The notes beneath the pieces are model-generated. The model saw nothing but the letters and a program-made list of their open reading frames with translations, was not told where the DNA came from and did not search any database. A stretch of 64,000 nucleotides of DNA from Minutocellus sp. GHC0000111. Taxonomy: Eukaryota. Below are positions 23,852 to 34,581 of the stretch, piece after piece. Each line of letters opens with the position of its first letter. The first letter of the stretch is position 1. The translations under genes and the position numbers were made by a program. Where the stretch lies: contig OZ361258.1 in assembly GCA_977018835.1 (NCBI GenBank), forward strand, positions 4,588,001 to 4,652,000, read 5' to 3'.

Positions 23852-26450
23852 CACTGCACCATCTGCCAGCCGGATGACTCGCATGCTTTTGGTCGCACTT
23901 TCGGTGGCCGGCCGGCGCGCGAAGCAACCGACCGGCGCGCCCAACGCGAGCCACCATGGCGGCAAAAATTCAAATTGCCGCCGCTACGTGCAGAACGAAG
24001 GCGACATCTCGCGCTGGTGTGGGAGAGTTACGGCACGAGACCAACCAGGTACTCCCGACATCCTGGTGACATTCCCGTTGGTCTCGATCCACAATTCTCC
24101 ATGAGCAAAAAAAACAACGGCCGCAATCCCGCGGTCAACACCGACCGCAGCAGACAGAATTGCGGTGCAGGACGCCCTGGCTGAACTGCTCGTCCGTCTT
24201 CGCAGAAAGGAACTTCATCACTACAATTTCATCGGCAACAACGACTCCTTGATGAATGTGTTGGGATGCAGTCCCATCATGTACGGCGCCGTCATGCACA
24301 CTGCGGGCATCTTGGGTTTGAAGAAGAAGAAACACGAAGACTGCGATGTGTTTTTTGTGAGGACAGACAACCAGAATGGATGGGATGAAATGGCATCAAG
24401 ACACTGCCTTGCCGACGACGTTCAGCGAACCCCATACAAAAAGAGCATGTTTGTTCGCCTCGGCTCCATCAATCCTCGTGCAGCCGACGCTCTCCATGAT
24501 GATGGATGGATGGCTTTCGACATGGTCACGGTCGAGCGCAACAATTTCGCCTCGAAACACCGCCGCCGCGGCTCAATTTGACGAAGGCATGCAATGCATT
24601 CCTCAAGTCGGTCGCACCACATGCATCGGTGGGATATGCGGCGATGGACTACGAAATCAACAGGCAGATGTTGCTCGAGGCCCAGAAGTTCCCTGGTGGG
24701 CACAATGGCCAGGACGATGGGTGGGACAATGACGACGATGTTGGGACGGTGGGCACCCTGACCACGACGGAGGCCGGCGAGATCAGTGAGGACGATGACG
24801 ACGAAGACGAGGACTATGTGCCCTGTTATGAGGACGAAGCTGATATTGCAAGAGAGGACGCTACACATGAAGCATGCATGCAGCAGCACTTTGAGAAGCA
24901 TCGTCAGAAGCACGGTGATGGCGAGCCAGAGATGGGAGCTGTCGATGATGCCGAGGATGACGATGCCCCTCACTTCCATTTCCTGAAAAAGGCCGGCATT
25001 GAGGCTGCCGACTCAGGTAAAATAAGGGCAGTGCTGGCAGAATGCTGGAGAGCTTTATCTGTTAATATTTCTGATGGCAACAACAAGAAGAAACCAAGGA
25101 CAATAGAGTTCATCCACCACAACACCTCCACCAAAGGAACTCTCCTAGAGCACAATCGCGAGGAAGATGGCATGACGGATGACGACATCAAAGAGCTCTG
25201 CAAAGCTTGCTCTAATTTGCTCCACACTCTTGACGCAACATATTCCAGGTTTCTGAAATGGCACATGAAATGGGATGATGAGGCAAAGAAGGCTGTGAGA
25301 GAGCTTGAAGCATTGATTGCAAGTGCCCTCAAGCAAGCACGGGCAATCGGCATTAGCACAACGCCCAAGTGGCACTTACTCGAAGATCACATCTTGGACC
25401 AACACATTTGGCTAGTGAAGAATGGATGGGGCGGCATCTGTTGGCTCGACGAATCGTTTGTAGAGCGAGCCCACCAAGAGGGTGTTAAGGAAGATCGTCG
25501 GACTCAGGGCGTCAAGGGATATGAGGCCCAACAGACGGCGCAGTTCAAGGCTGAGGAGAGGGCATCCAATCCAAAGGTCGAGGAGAGGCGGGAGCGAAAC
25601 TCTCGGGTGGCAAGAACAAGGAAAAGGACCGAAGCTGTTAAAGCAGAAACTGATGACAAGCGCCAACAAATGATCATGATGGCCACCGATGGAGATGAGG
25701 ATGTAGAGATGGGAGCAGGGCATGTATAAAATTAGAAAATGAAATTACACTGCTACTACACAATAGCAAATGAATTGCATGATCCAACTTTTACAAACAG
25801 CATCGCGATTGAGCAAAAAAGTAAATAGTACACCCAAACAAACACATCACGTCCTTCTTAACTCACCCATTTATCTCCCAGACCAAAAAGTCCCTTTGTC
25901 GGGTTGATTGTTGCATAAACTTATCCCAATGCTGTCTGTCTCTCCTCGGGCGCAAAATTATTGTCGGAATTCCGGGAGGTCGAGTGGGGATGCGATCGGT
26001 CGGGATCAGCGAGAGTCGGTCATACGGGGGGTGCGGCGCAATCCCGGCAGTTTATCATCAACAACAACGTGGGAAAGTACCAGAGGGTCTGGGGCATCAC
26101 AACGGGAGCACGACGAGCACAAAGACGGAGCAATGGTGCCACCCCCCAGAGAAACGAACGGCCGACAGATGGAGGAAAAGTGGGCCGATGGTTCGTGGCG
26201 TTGATACGCAGCGGAGGCCAATCTGAGGATACAGTAAGCTTCAACTATGTCCAAACATGATAATGAATGCGTATTTGGTACGAAAATATAGTTATACGCC
26301 GGCGCAACGCCGACGGACCACCATGGTGTTGGACGGTCAAAGAATGGGTGACGAACGAGATTGGGTTTTGGTGGGTTTCTTCGTGACGTGTTCGTCTTCT
26401 GCCGAAAAACGCTTCATCCGACTGGCGAAACAAGACGAGATGGGGCTGTG
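23852..26450 (+). mobile_element. 2599-bp non-autonomous DNA transposon (Chapaev/Transib-like), copy 2, inverted relative to copy 1
   Basis: Termini CACTGCACCATCT...AGATGGGGCTGTG. Flanks are AATG (left) and TTCT (right). Confidence 0.9.
24506..25729 (+). CDS. Truncated Chapaev/RAG1-like transposase C-terminal region (407 aa)
   Basis: Identical to 3161-4390 apart from a 2-aa indel. The upstream ORF 24165-24581 is probably a frameshifted N-terminal part. Confidence 0.7.
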   Translation: MDGFRHGHGRAQQFRLETPPPRLNLTKACNAFLKSVAPHASVGYAAMDYEINRQMLLEAQKFPGGHNGQDDGWDNDDDVGTVGTLTTTEAGEISEDDDDEDEDYVPCYEDEADIAREDATHEACMQQHFEKHRQKHGDGEPEMGAVDDAEDDDAPHFHFLKKAGIEAADSGKIRAVLAECWRALSVNISDGNNKKKPRTIEFIHHNTSTKGTLLEHNREEDGMTDDDIKELCKACSNLLHTLDATYSRFLKWHMKWDDEAKKAVRELEALIASALKQARAIGISTTPKWHLLEDHILDQHIWLVKNGWGGICWLDESFVERAHQEGVKEDRRTQGVKGYEAQQTAQFKAEERASNPKVEERRERNSRVARTRKRTEAVKAETDDKRQQMIMMATDGDEDVEMGAGHV

Positions 26451-26508
26451 TTCTGACAGAAGACAGCACAACACCCTCCAAGAGGAAAGGATAGCGCCCC
26501 CCGCCATC

Positions 26509-27333
26509 ATGTCAAAGGCGAACCCAACCTACTATGACATATTGGAGCTATCGGCCAAGCCCCGCACTGCGGTGACGTCTCTGGACATACGAAAGGCCTA
26601 CCGTCGTCTTGCGCTCCAGTACCACCCTGATCGAAATGCCGGCCCTGACCAAGAGCAATGCAAGGTGAAATTCCAACAGATCAGCCATGCGTACGAGGTG
26701 TTGGGTGACGAACAACGTCGAAAGGAGTACGATGGTCTCTTGGACCAGGGGCTGGATGAAGATGCGGACGGGGCCGTTGCGACAGGGACAAGCGGCGCAG
26801 GCAAGGCATATTCCACGACCAGACCAAGCTATTCCAACCCCTACAGCGTCTTTGACGAATTGTTCCGGAATGATCCATTCTTTTCCAAGGACATGGACGA
26901 TGAATTCGCACGGCGATTCCAAGAGAAACAGAATGATAGTGGAGAGGCAGGCGCGGGCGGAAGTACAGAAGAACCGTCATTCAATAACACGTGCACCAGC
27001 CTCCTATCGCTCCCTAAATCCGTCAAGAGCAAGGGAGGGGTCGGTCGGTGGCTTCTTGATAAAATGGGTGTGCAGGTAACAGTCACTTCGTACCGCACCG
27101 AAATGGATGGGACAGTATCCGCCAGTACCTACACGAACACCGGAACACCTGGAACGTATACAGACAAGAAAACACGAACATACATCAATGGCGAGGGAAA
27201 GCGTGTGACCATAAAAAGCATGGAGAGAGACGGAAATCGGATCGAAGATATGTGTGTCGACAATGAGCTCAAGGAGCGAAAAGTGAATGGAAAGGTTGAG
27301 CCGTTGAGCAGTGGAACAATAGCAGATAATTGA
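26509..27333 (+). CDS. DnaJ/Hsp40 J-domain protein (DNAJB6-like)
   Basis: YYDILEL..IRKAYRRLALQYHPDRN..FQQISHAYEVLGD..RKEYD; ATG at 26509, 58 bp from the transposon end. Confidence 0.9.
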   Translation: MSKANPTYYDILELSAKPRTAVTSLDIRKAYRRLALQYHPDRNAGPDQEQCKVKFQQISHAYEVLGDEQRRKEYDGLLDQGLDEDADGAVATGTSGAGKAYSTTRPSYSNPYSVFDELFRNDPFFSKDMDDEFARRFQEKQNDSGEAGAGGSTEEPSFNNTCTSLLSLPKSVKSKGGVGRWLLDKMGVQVTVTSYRTEMDGTVSASTYTNTGTPGTYTDKKTRTYINGEGKRVTIKSMERDGNRIEDMCVDNELKERKVNGKVEPLSSGTIADN

Positions 27334-27455
27334 TGAGCTTTTATAGTTTCCGCAATATTTAACAATGTATATCTAGTTCAAAACGGCTGGCCTTGGCAGT
27401 TCGTCTTCTCTTCTTTAGCTTGGTTGTATCAGGGCCTGTACAAATGTAGAGAAAA

Positions 27456-29417
27456 TTACTTGATAAGAGCATGTTGTTTCTCGCCCTTGGTCGAAGCCTC
27501 ATTGTCAAGAGTAGTCATGATTTCATCTTTGAGATTCTCGATATCCGCATCGCCAACTTGCACGACCTCGTGACTCTCCCACTCGGCCTTGAGGTAGTCA
27601 ACGACATCGCCAGCCGAGAAGCTGTAGCTGCCGTCCTCCTCATCTTGTTTCAGAAACTGACGGCAATTGTTCACGTCATCGCCAATTGTGACAAGTCCCT
27701 GCTCGGTATACTGATTTGTTGTTCCGTCGTCATTCTTTACCTTTCGAACCTGGGGAAACCCTGCGTCAGCGCAGAGAGCATTGCATAAGCATTTTCTACC
27801 TTTGGTCGCTTTGGCTTCACCGCCCTTTGCCACCCATTTATCGACCGGTTCTGAAGGACACCGGTAGCCGACCTTTCCATCTTCCTGAAGAAATGGAGTG
27901 CGAAGATACCCTAGATTGCAAACGCGCGGACGGGCATTGTATTTCTCTTCGTTGGCAAGAGTATTGTCGACTTGGAGGACCTTGAAGGGAAATCCGGTGG
28001 GCGATGCTGCGGGGTCAGTGAACACCTTGAGGTCCTTCTCGGCAATCTGGGCCAGGACATCCTTTCGGACCTTGTCGTCCATTCCAGATTCCTTGGCCAA
28101 TGCGAACAGAGTACCGACCTGTTTTAATTAATGTGAGGAGAAGGTAAGCAATAAGACGTTGAGATTTGACGATCGTAGCATTGGGGATATGACAAATCAG
28201 TTAAAAATCAGAGAAGAGTTCTTACCTGGACGCCATTTCCTCCAGCATCAATCACCTCATGGAATTTGTCAGGACGTCCGTAGCATCCAGCGAACCAAAA
28301 GGGCAACCCATGGGCTGCTTTGAGGAACTTGATCTTGTCCACTTCGTCCTTGGGCCCACACTTAGGCTCGCCATCTTTATTCAGGCCATCGGTAGAGTCG
28401 GGGTCGAACTTAAATCCACGGGGAGGAGCGTTGTGACCTCCAGCTGGGTTCAACTCAACGACGAACCCATCGATACCGATATTAGGTCCTTCGCCATCGG
28501 CGCGCTTGAGTAGGGATTGTGCCAACACGACGGACGATACGATCGGTAGAAATGCGGGTCTCTTGAGTTCCTTTTCGGCCAGTTCAGGTTTGAAGGCCTT
28601 GGTCCAGAACTCTGTTGGGCTGAATGTTTGGGCGTACTCGGCATCGTCGCTTGCACCAGCGACCTCAACTGGTAGTTTGCAGTCTTCGCCCTTGGAGAGC
28701 TTGTCAAGGATTCCAGGAATTTTGGTTGGAATGCCAGCTCCCATGATTACATAGTCCACGTCAGCCAACATCGCCCCGTAGAGACTGGGAATTGTTGGCA
28801 ACGCAACTTTTGTCAATCTGTTGATGCCGACAATGCCGCCTGTTTCGTTGCCCTCATCGTCGTGCTTTGCGAGCCAGACTTCGGCGTAATTTCCTAAAAT
28901 GGCAGCCTCAATGAGATGTTGAGGAGGATTGAGCGTCCACATGGGTACGCTTTTGTATGGTTTCATCGCGTCCTTTCCACCTTCGATGTAGTACTTGTCC
29001 ATGACGCGCTGGACCATGTGTTGATCGGGAAATGTCGCCAGAGCTCGACGGAAGGACCCATCGGGGTCGCCTGGTGTGGAGAATGGAACGATGCATCAAC
29101 ATGTTGGAATAAAGTAAATCAGAACACCAGAACGCACAGATTTGGACGCACATCGCACGAGCCAACAATTATTATTCTGTAGCAAACTCACCATCTTGCA
29201 TAGTCCTGACCAATATGGTGTCCATGGCGGTGCCGCTGATGACGCCCAGCTCGCCCTTCTGACTGACTTCACGCGCGAGCTTCCACGATGATATCCGAAC
29301 CCCCATGCCTCCCTGAATAATGCGTGGGAGGGGAGGGGCGAACGCATAGGATTCGACGTTGGCGGAGGGCAGCAGTACGCCGGCCAAAAGTAGGATCAGT
29401 GACGAGTATGATCGCAT
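27456..29417 (-). CDS. Nitronate monooxygenase-like FMN oxidoreductase, probably plastid-targeted; exons 29417-29192, 29070-28226, 28118-27456
   Basis: IIQGGMGVRISSWKLAREVS, IMGAGIP, AGGHNAPPRG, GVQVGTLFA, CNLGYLR and RKCLCNAL. Signal peptide followed by SYAF-APP. Confidence 0.88.
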
Positions 29418-29775
29418 TTGATGTGTTTGTCTGTTATGGTATGTGGATTGGGGATGCCTTTTTGTTATTGCTGTAGCACTGTTGGCAGTTTGTCTCTCTC
29501 GTAGTCCTTGGGGAATTATGTTTTGATCAAGATGCAGATCTGCATTGGTCGGCTGTTTTTGGATGAGAACGCGTGATGGCTGGAGTTCCGTTTGGTCTGG
29601 GAGGGTTCGCAGGCTGGAGGTGCGAACCCTTCGAAATCTCCACGTTGCTGCCTTAAAAAAAATCTGCCTCGTGCGCTCGTGCGTGGTGGCTGGTCGCAAG
29701 AGTGAGCCAATTGCCACGAGTTCATGTTGTTGAATCTCCCTCTTTGTATCTAATCACATTTTAGCGAATATGATT

Positions 29776-30414
29776 ATGAACAACCCCTTTGGTTTGCTGT
29801 TTCTACTTTTCATTTGGGCCACGCCGGCATCATCGTTCATGGCGCCACATCAAGTCCTTCATCACCGAGGGGTGGTGAATACTCGTATTGGCGTAGCGGA
29901 CGACGTGCCTAGGAGACACGACGTCGATATACACTGGCGCTTCCACAATGCTAAGCTTCCGAATTTGCGCCAAATAAGTGTGCTGCGAGCAAAGGGTGAC
30001 GATGGTCAAAACGAAGCGCAACTTCCAATCAACAAGTTCCGATCGCTGATGGGAAATTTGTACGGCGTGGCGGGCCTTGCCCACGCCGCCGATTGCTACT
30101 TCGGTGACAGTCAGCTTCTGGTCGCCGCCGGATCTCCACCCGCGCAGGACCTTCCTTTGGCCGGCCAGAGCTTGGTTGCACTTTGGTGTGTAGCCGGGCC
30201 AATAGCTTTTGGTGCATCAAAAGTTGGAGGAGTCGCTGCAGATTTGGGCTTGCTATTTTATGGTGCTGTAGAAGTTGCCGGGGCCGCCATTCTCGAGAGC
30301 GAATTACCGAACTTGGGAGGCACTGCCGCAGATATTGACCCGCTCATAAATTCAGTTGTTGTTCAAGGAATCGTCTTGGCGCCTTGGTTATATTCAAAGA
30401 ATAAGGAGGAATGA
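29776..30414 (+). CDS. Probable plastid-targeted membrane protein, unknown function
   Basis: Signal peptide + ASSF; several hydrophobic helices; LYGVAGLAHAAD. Confidence 0.65.
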   Translation: MNNPFGLLFLLFIWATPASSFMAPHQVLHHRGVVNTRIGVADDVPRRHDVDIHWRFHNAKLPNLRQISVLRAKGDDGQNEAQLPINKFRSLMGNLYGVAGLAHAADCYFGDSQLLVAAGSPPAQDLPLAGQSLVALWCVAGPIAFGASKVGGVAADLGLLFYGAVEVAGAAILESELPNLGGTAADIDPLINSVVVQGIVLAPWLYSKNKEE

Positions 30415-30473
30415 TTTTTGTCTGGGAACATGCCTTGTCTACATTTCAACATGTATCTCCGTCGCGGCTCCTT

Positions 30474-30863
30474 TCAAATATCGTCCAGCTTATCAACCAG
30501 TGACTGAAGAATTCGCCCGACTTTCTGCTTCTGATTTGTTTTGTACTCGTCCGTCAACTTTGACTTCTTGACGCCATGAAACGACTTGTGAAGCTGCTGC
30601 CGAAGAGTCTTGATATCAGCCCTGATACTTGCCATCTGCTTTTGGTGATGAGATTTCTTATTCGATCGGCCTCCACCACTTGGATTGTCCGTAGTGCTTG
30701 GCCAACCTCCAGCATCACCTTGTCCCCTCCCAAAACTGCGGGCGGTAATTGCCGGGAGATGTCCACGATGAGCGATTGCAGTTCTGGCGGCAAAGGCGCT
30801 TATGGACCGAAGACCAAAGGTTGATGATATGACAAAGCTCTTTAGCCCTCCAGCAAAGCTCAT
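30474..30863 (-). CDS. Small basic hypothetical protein, possible mitochondrial presequence
   Basis: 129-aa ORF with an Arg/Ser/Ala-rich N-terminus and a GGWPSTTDNPSGGGRSN segment. Confidence 0.4.
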   Translation of the reverse strand: MSFAGGLKSFVISSTFGLRSISAFAARTAIAHRGHLPAITARSFGRGQGDAGGWPSTTDNPSGGGRSNKKSHHQKQMASIRADIKTLRQQLHKSFHGVKKSKLTDEYKTNQKQKVGRILQSLVDKLDDI

Positions 30864-31221
30864 TTTGGCAGTGATGTATGAAAGGGAAAATAGAAGAAGG
30901 ACCGATTATTCACCGCTCGGTTCACGGTATATCAACAACACGTCAAATCTTGTCACTTTAGCTTCAACAAGAAAAATAGGAAGCATGCCGGCACACGCTG
31001 CGAGGGGGCGAGTATTTTCGACCACTCCACGATAAGCATAGTGCAATAGAGAAACAGAATGCAATTTCCTTTAGTGGCTACCTACTTACTAGCTAGTAGA
31101 AATTTCTATACGAGATTTCTTCTCGCTTGTGGCACTTGCTACTTTGCTGATTTTTGTAACCTATATTGTACACTCTGGTACCTAGGCCGAACAGAAAAGA
31201 TTGACTTCTTGGTCCCCCTAG

Positions 31222-31248
31222 TAGCTAGCTAGCTAGCTAGCTAGCTAG
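31222..31248. repeat. (TAGC)n self-complementary microsatellite
   Basis: About 7 units read directly. Confidence 0.9.
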
Positions 31249-31288
31249 ACCGCGGTAGAAATCTACTTGGCCTACCGAAAAGCTCTAT

Positions 31289-32540
31289 CTAATGGAGAGG
31301 GCGGATGTGCCTCAGCTCTTTCTTGTCAACAATCAGCTCTCTCTTGTCAACGACGTTGCCTTCCTTTGTTTTGATGATCTCGCATTTCAGCAAATTGCTG
31401 TCTTCAGTACATTTTTCGACCACAGTGGCGTGCTGGCGGAACTTCCGAAACGTGACCAAATCACCATTGTTGAAACACAAGACCTTCCTGCAATGCTCAT
31501 TGTGCCCGGCAGCCCACGCCTTTTTCTGGCATTCTTTACTGCAGTAATGGGCAAGGCGGCAATTGCTACACTTGAAGAAGTTTGTGACTGATGCCTCCTC
31601 ACGAGTCTTGCGGCAATGATCGCAAAAAGCTCCACCCACTGAAGATACATATTTCGCAATATAGTCCCTGTGCTCGGCAGACAAATTGTCTACATTGCTT
31701 AGAATCTGAGGCAAACGCGAGGGGCCTTCCAGTACCGCAAGCATATCGTTTGACGCACTGACGATGAATGCAACAGCCGAGGAGAAAAAAGAGAGGCAAT
31801 CGGGTGTTTCTATGCCCATCACAGTCGAAAGCACGTCTCCAACGACTCCCTCAGTGCCGGAAACGAAAGGATACTCAGAATCAACGATTTGAGCAAAAAA
31901 CAAAGTTTGCCCTACGTCTGTACGACGCTTCGTTCAACTCGTTGCAATTGCGGCACATGATTGTGGCCCGGGCCACCATCGCCATCGTCCGCAATGGCAT
32001 AGGTTCATCGTCGTTAGAAGAGACACGACGAAGGAGATCGGCGGCATCTTTGTCGAATAGGGGGACAAGCGCTTCAGTCCCTCCCAAATGTGAGTGGCAA
32101 GAAAACATCGCAATCTTGCACCACGCCATAAGCGTTGCGAAATACGCATGGCTTTTCACATCGTCGGTGATCGGAGAATTGACGAAGTCATGACTCGTCT
32201 CCTTAAGGAACTCGACAATATCGTCGTCAATACTTGAAACATGGTCAGGTAGTGCGCGAATACTTTCGGCAGCTGCAACGGTCCGAACGAAGATGCGATC
32301 GAAGACGAAACGGTGTTCATCTAGCGCACCGATACCCCTGGCGACCTTCAGCCTTTTGGTGACCAAAAATTTGTGCCCCCGAAATATCTCTTCAGGAGGA
32401 TTGCGGGCAAGCACTTGCTGAAGGAAATCTGCGGCGGTTGCATCGGTCACACCAAGAGTTGCGGCAACGGTATTCGCAACATTTTCGGTTGTATCCTCCT
32501 TGGGCTTGCCGCCACCTCGGCGCTTGCTCTTCTTTCCCAT
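31289..32540 (-). pseudogene. MYND zinc-finger protein with a frameshift near 31900
   Basis: MGKKSKRR start. CDHC..KCSNCRLAHYCSKECQKKAW...HNEHC lies in the downstream ORF. The frames overlap at a T-rich run. Confidence 0.7.
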
Positions 32541-32880
32541 GATGCTATCACACAAAAATGAACTGAGGCGCAAAAGAGAATTTGCCCGAAGGTCGATCAA
32601 TGAATGAATCGAAGAATCAAATATGCCTCTCTGCAGCAATTCAATGCCCGACAACAGCGACACGAACTCTCAACAGCGCTTTATTCGTCTCCAGTGGTAC
32701 ATGTAGAGCCGCTGGTAGTACGTCTTCTGTTTCCCGAGACGGCAAAGGAGGCCGTATCTTCCGCATTATTATGGCGTGCCGCCTTCTTGGTGACTTGCTC
32801 CGGGTTCTTTTACCGCCAGCATAGCATTCCAGCAGCATCCGCAGCCGCGTCCGCACAACAGACAATTGAGGCGAGGAACC

Positions 32881-34177
32881 ATGAGGTTAGCAGCCCTGAC
32901 GACCCTCCTCGCCAGCACCCGCGCCGCGTCTTCTTTCACCCCCTCGCTCGCCTCGATAGTTTCCGGAGCATCCGTCGCATTTGTCCCGTCCTCCGTCGCT
33001 GGTCATCAGGGCACAGGCCAACTCAGCACAACTCGCACATTTCGTTCCAGTACATCCTTGAAGATGTCGGCCGACCAAGATAAGGAGGCTCTCATCAACT
33101 GCCCCACCATTCCCCTGAGGGATGGTACCAAGCAGTAAGTGACCATGTCCGTGTGAGAAAGCAATATGCGTTGCATTACGCCGATATCTCAACCATCTTT
33201 CCTCCCTTGCATCATTTATTTCCTCCGATATCTCAACCAAATTTCCTCCCCCGTATCATTTCCTCTGCTGCAGCCCCGCCATATCCTTCGGCACCTACAA
33301 GGTCGGTTTCATCCCCTCCTCGGCCTCCTCGGCAGTAGCTACCGGCGCCACCGAGGTCCAACGCACCGCCGAAGAGTGCGTATCCGACGCTCTCTCGGTC
33401 GGATATCGATCCCTGGAATGCGCCGAGTTCTACGGCAACGAAGCCGAGGTGGGGAAGGCCATTGCGAAATCGGGCATTCCCCGGGAGGAGCTCTTCCTGT
33501 GTTCCAAGGTTTGGACGACCACCATTGAGAAGGGCGAAGATGCCATCCGATCTCAGCTGGACAAGACGTTGGCGGATTTGGGTACTGACTATGTTGATCT
33601 GTACCTCGTCCATTGGCCGGTCCCCGGCAAGCATGTGGAGGCGTACAAGACGTTGGAGCAGCTATGCAAGGAGGGCAAATGCAAGAACATTGGACTGAGC
33701 AACTATGCCGTGGAGGATTACCAGGAGCTCAAGGACAGTGGCATTGAGATTCTCCCGGCGGTCAATCAGATTGAGATCAACCCCTTCTTGTACCGAAAGA
33801 ACACGTTGGACTTCTTCACCAAGGAGGGCGTCGTTTTGCAGTCCTATCGAAGTCTTCGGGATGGCAAGGCATTCGATAACGAAACCGTCGTCAAGATTTG
33901 CAACGCCAAGGGCAAGACGCCGGCCCAGATCCTTGGACGGTGGTGCATCCAGAAGGGATATGTGTACATGCCCAAGAGTGTCAAGAAGGAACGGATGATT
34001 GAGAATGGCAAGGTGTTTGGTTGGGAGCTAAGCGCCGAGGAGATGGCCGTGTTGGATTCTCTTACCAAGCCTGAAGCCTTCACAACTTTCGAGGAATTGT
34101 ATCGCAAGTGCGTCAACAGAGATACCAGCAAGGATGGAACATTGGATGGTGTCAAGATGAGCATTACGAAAGATTGA
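32881..34177 (+). CDS. Aldo-keto reductase with bipartite presequence; intron 33135-33273
   Basis: H|PAISFGTYK, ECAEFYGNE, SKVW, DLYLVHWP, IGLSNY, NQIEINP and PKSV. Confidence 0.92.
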
Positions 34178-34581
34178 TAAGTAATAGGAGGGTATCGCAA
34201 AAGAGTGTATTAAGTTAGCAGAGTAATGATTAACAGTTTCAAAGCATAGAGCCTAAAGACATGATGTTATGTAGTCACCGCTACTACGTAGATGGCAATG
34301 GTTTGAGTTATGCATTATTCGATTCTTTGTATCTTATTGTTTCTTACGATGTGTTGTATTTGAGTGACATATAGTATGTGCCTCGCTTTTCCCTCCCTTG
34401 ACTTATGTTCTTCTCGATTCTTCACTCTCCAGATATTCCATTGGTGATCTAGATCTACAGATCTACAGAGAGTAGATTGTGCTGCCGGTGATCCGGCGCT
34501 AATCGTTTCGTGGAGATAGATATATGAGTGCAGAAAGTGGCACAGTCCAGTCTGTTCCTTTGCCGTCCAATCATATCTCAA

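Noticed and set aside
2442..26450. A single 24-kb composite transposon or giant-TIR element carrying cargo genes
   Set aside because: The outer flanks (CATT vs TTCT) do not match. Each 2.6-kb copy has its own ends, the TSDs pair crosswise, and the interior is housekeeping genes.
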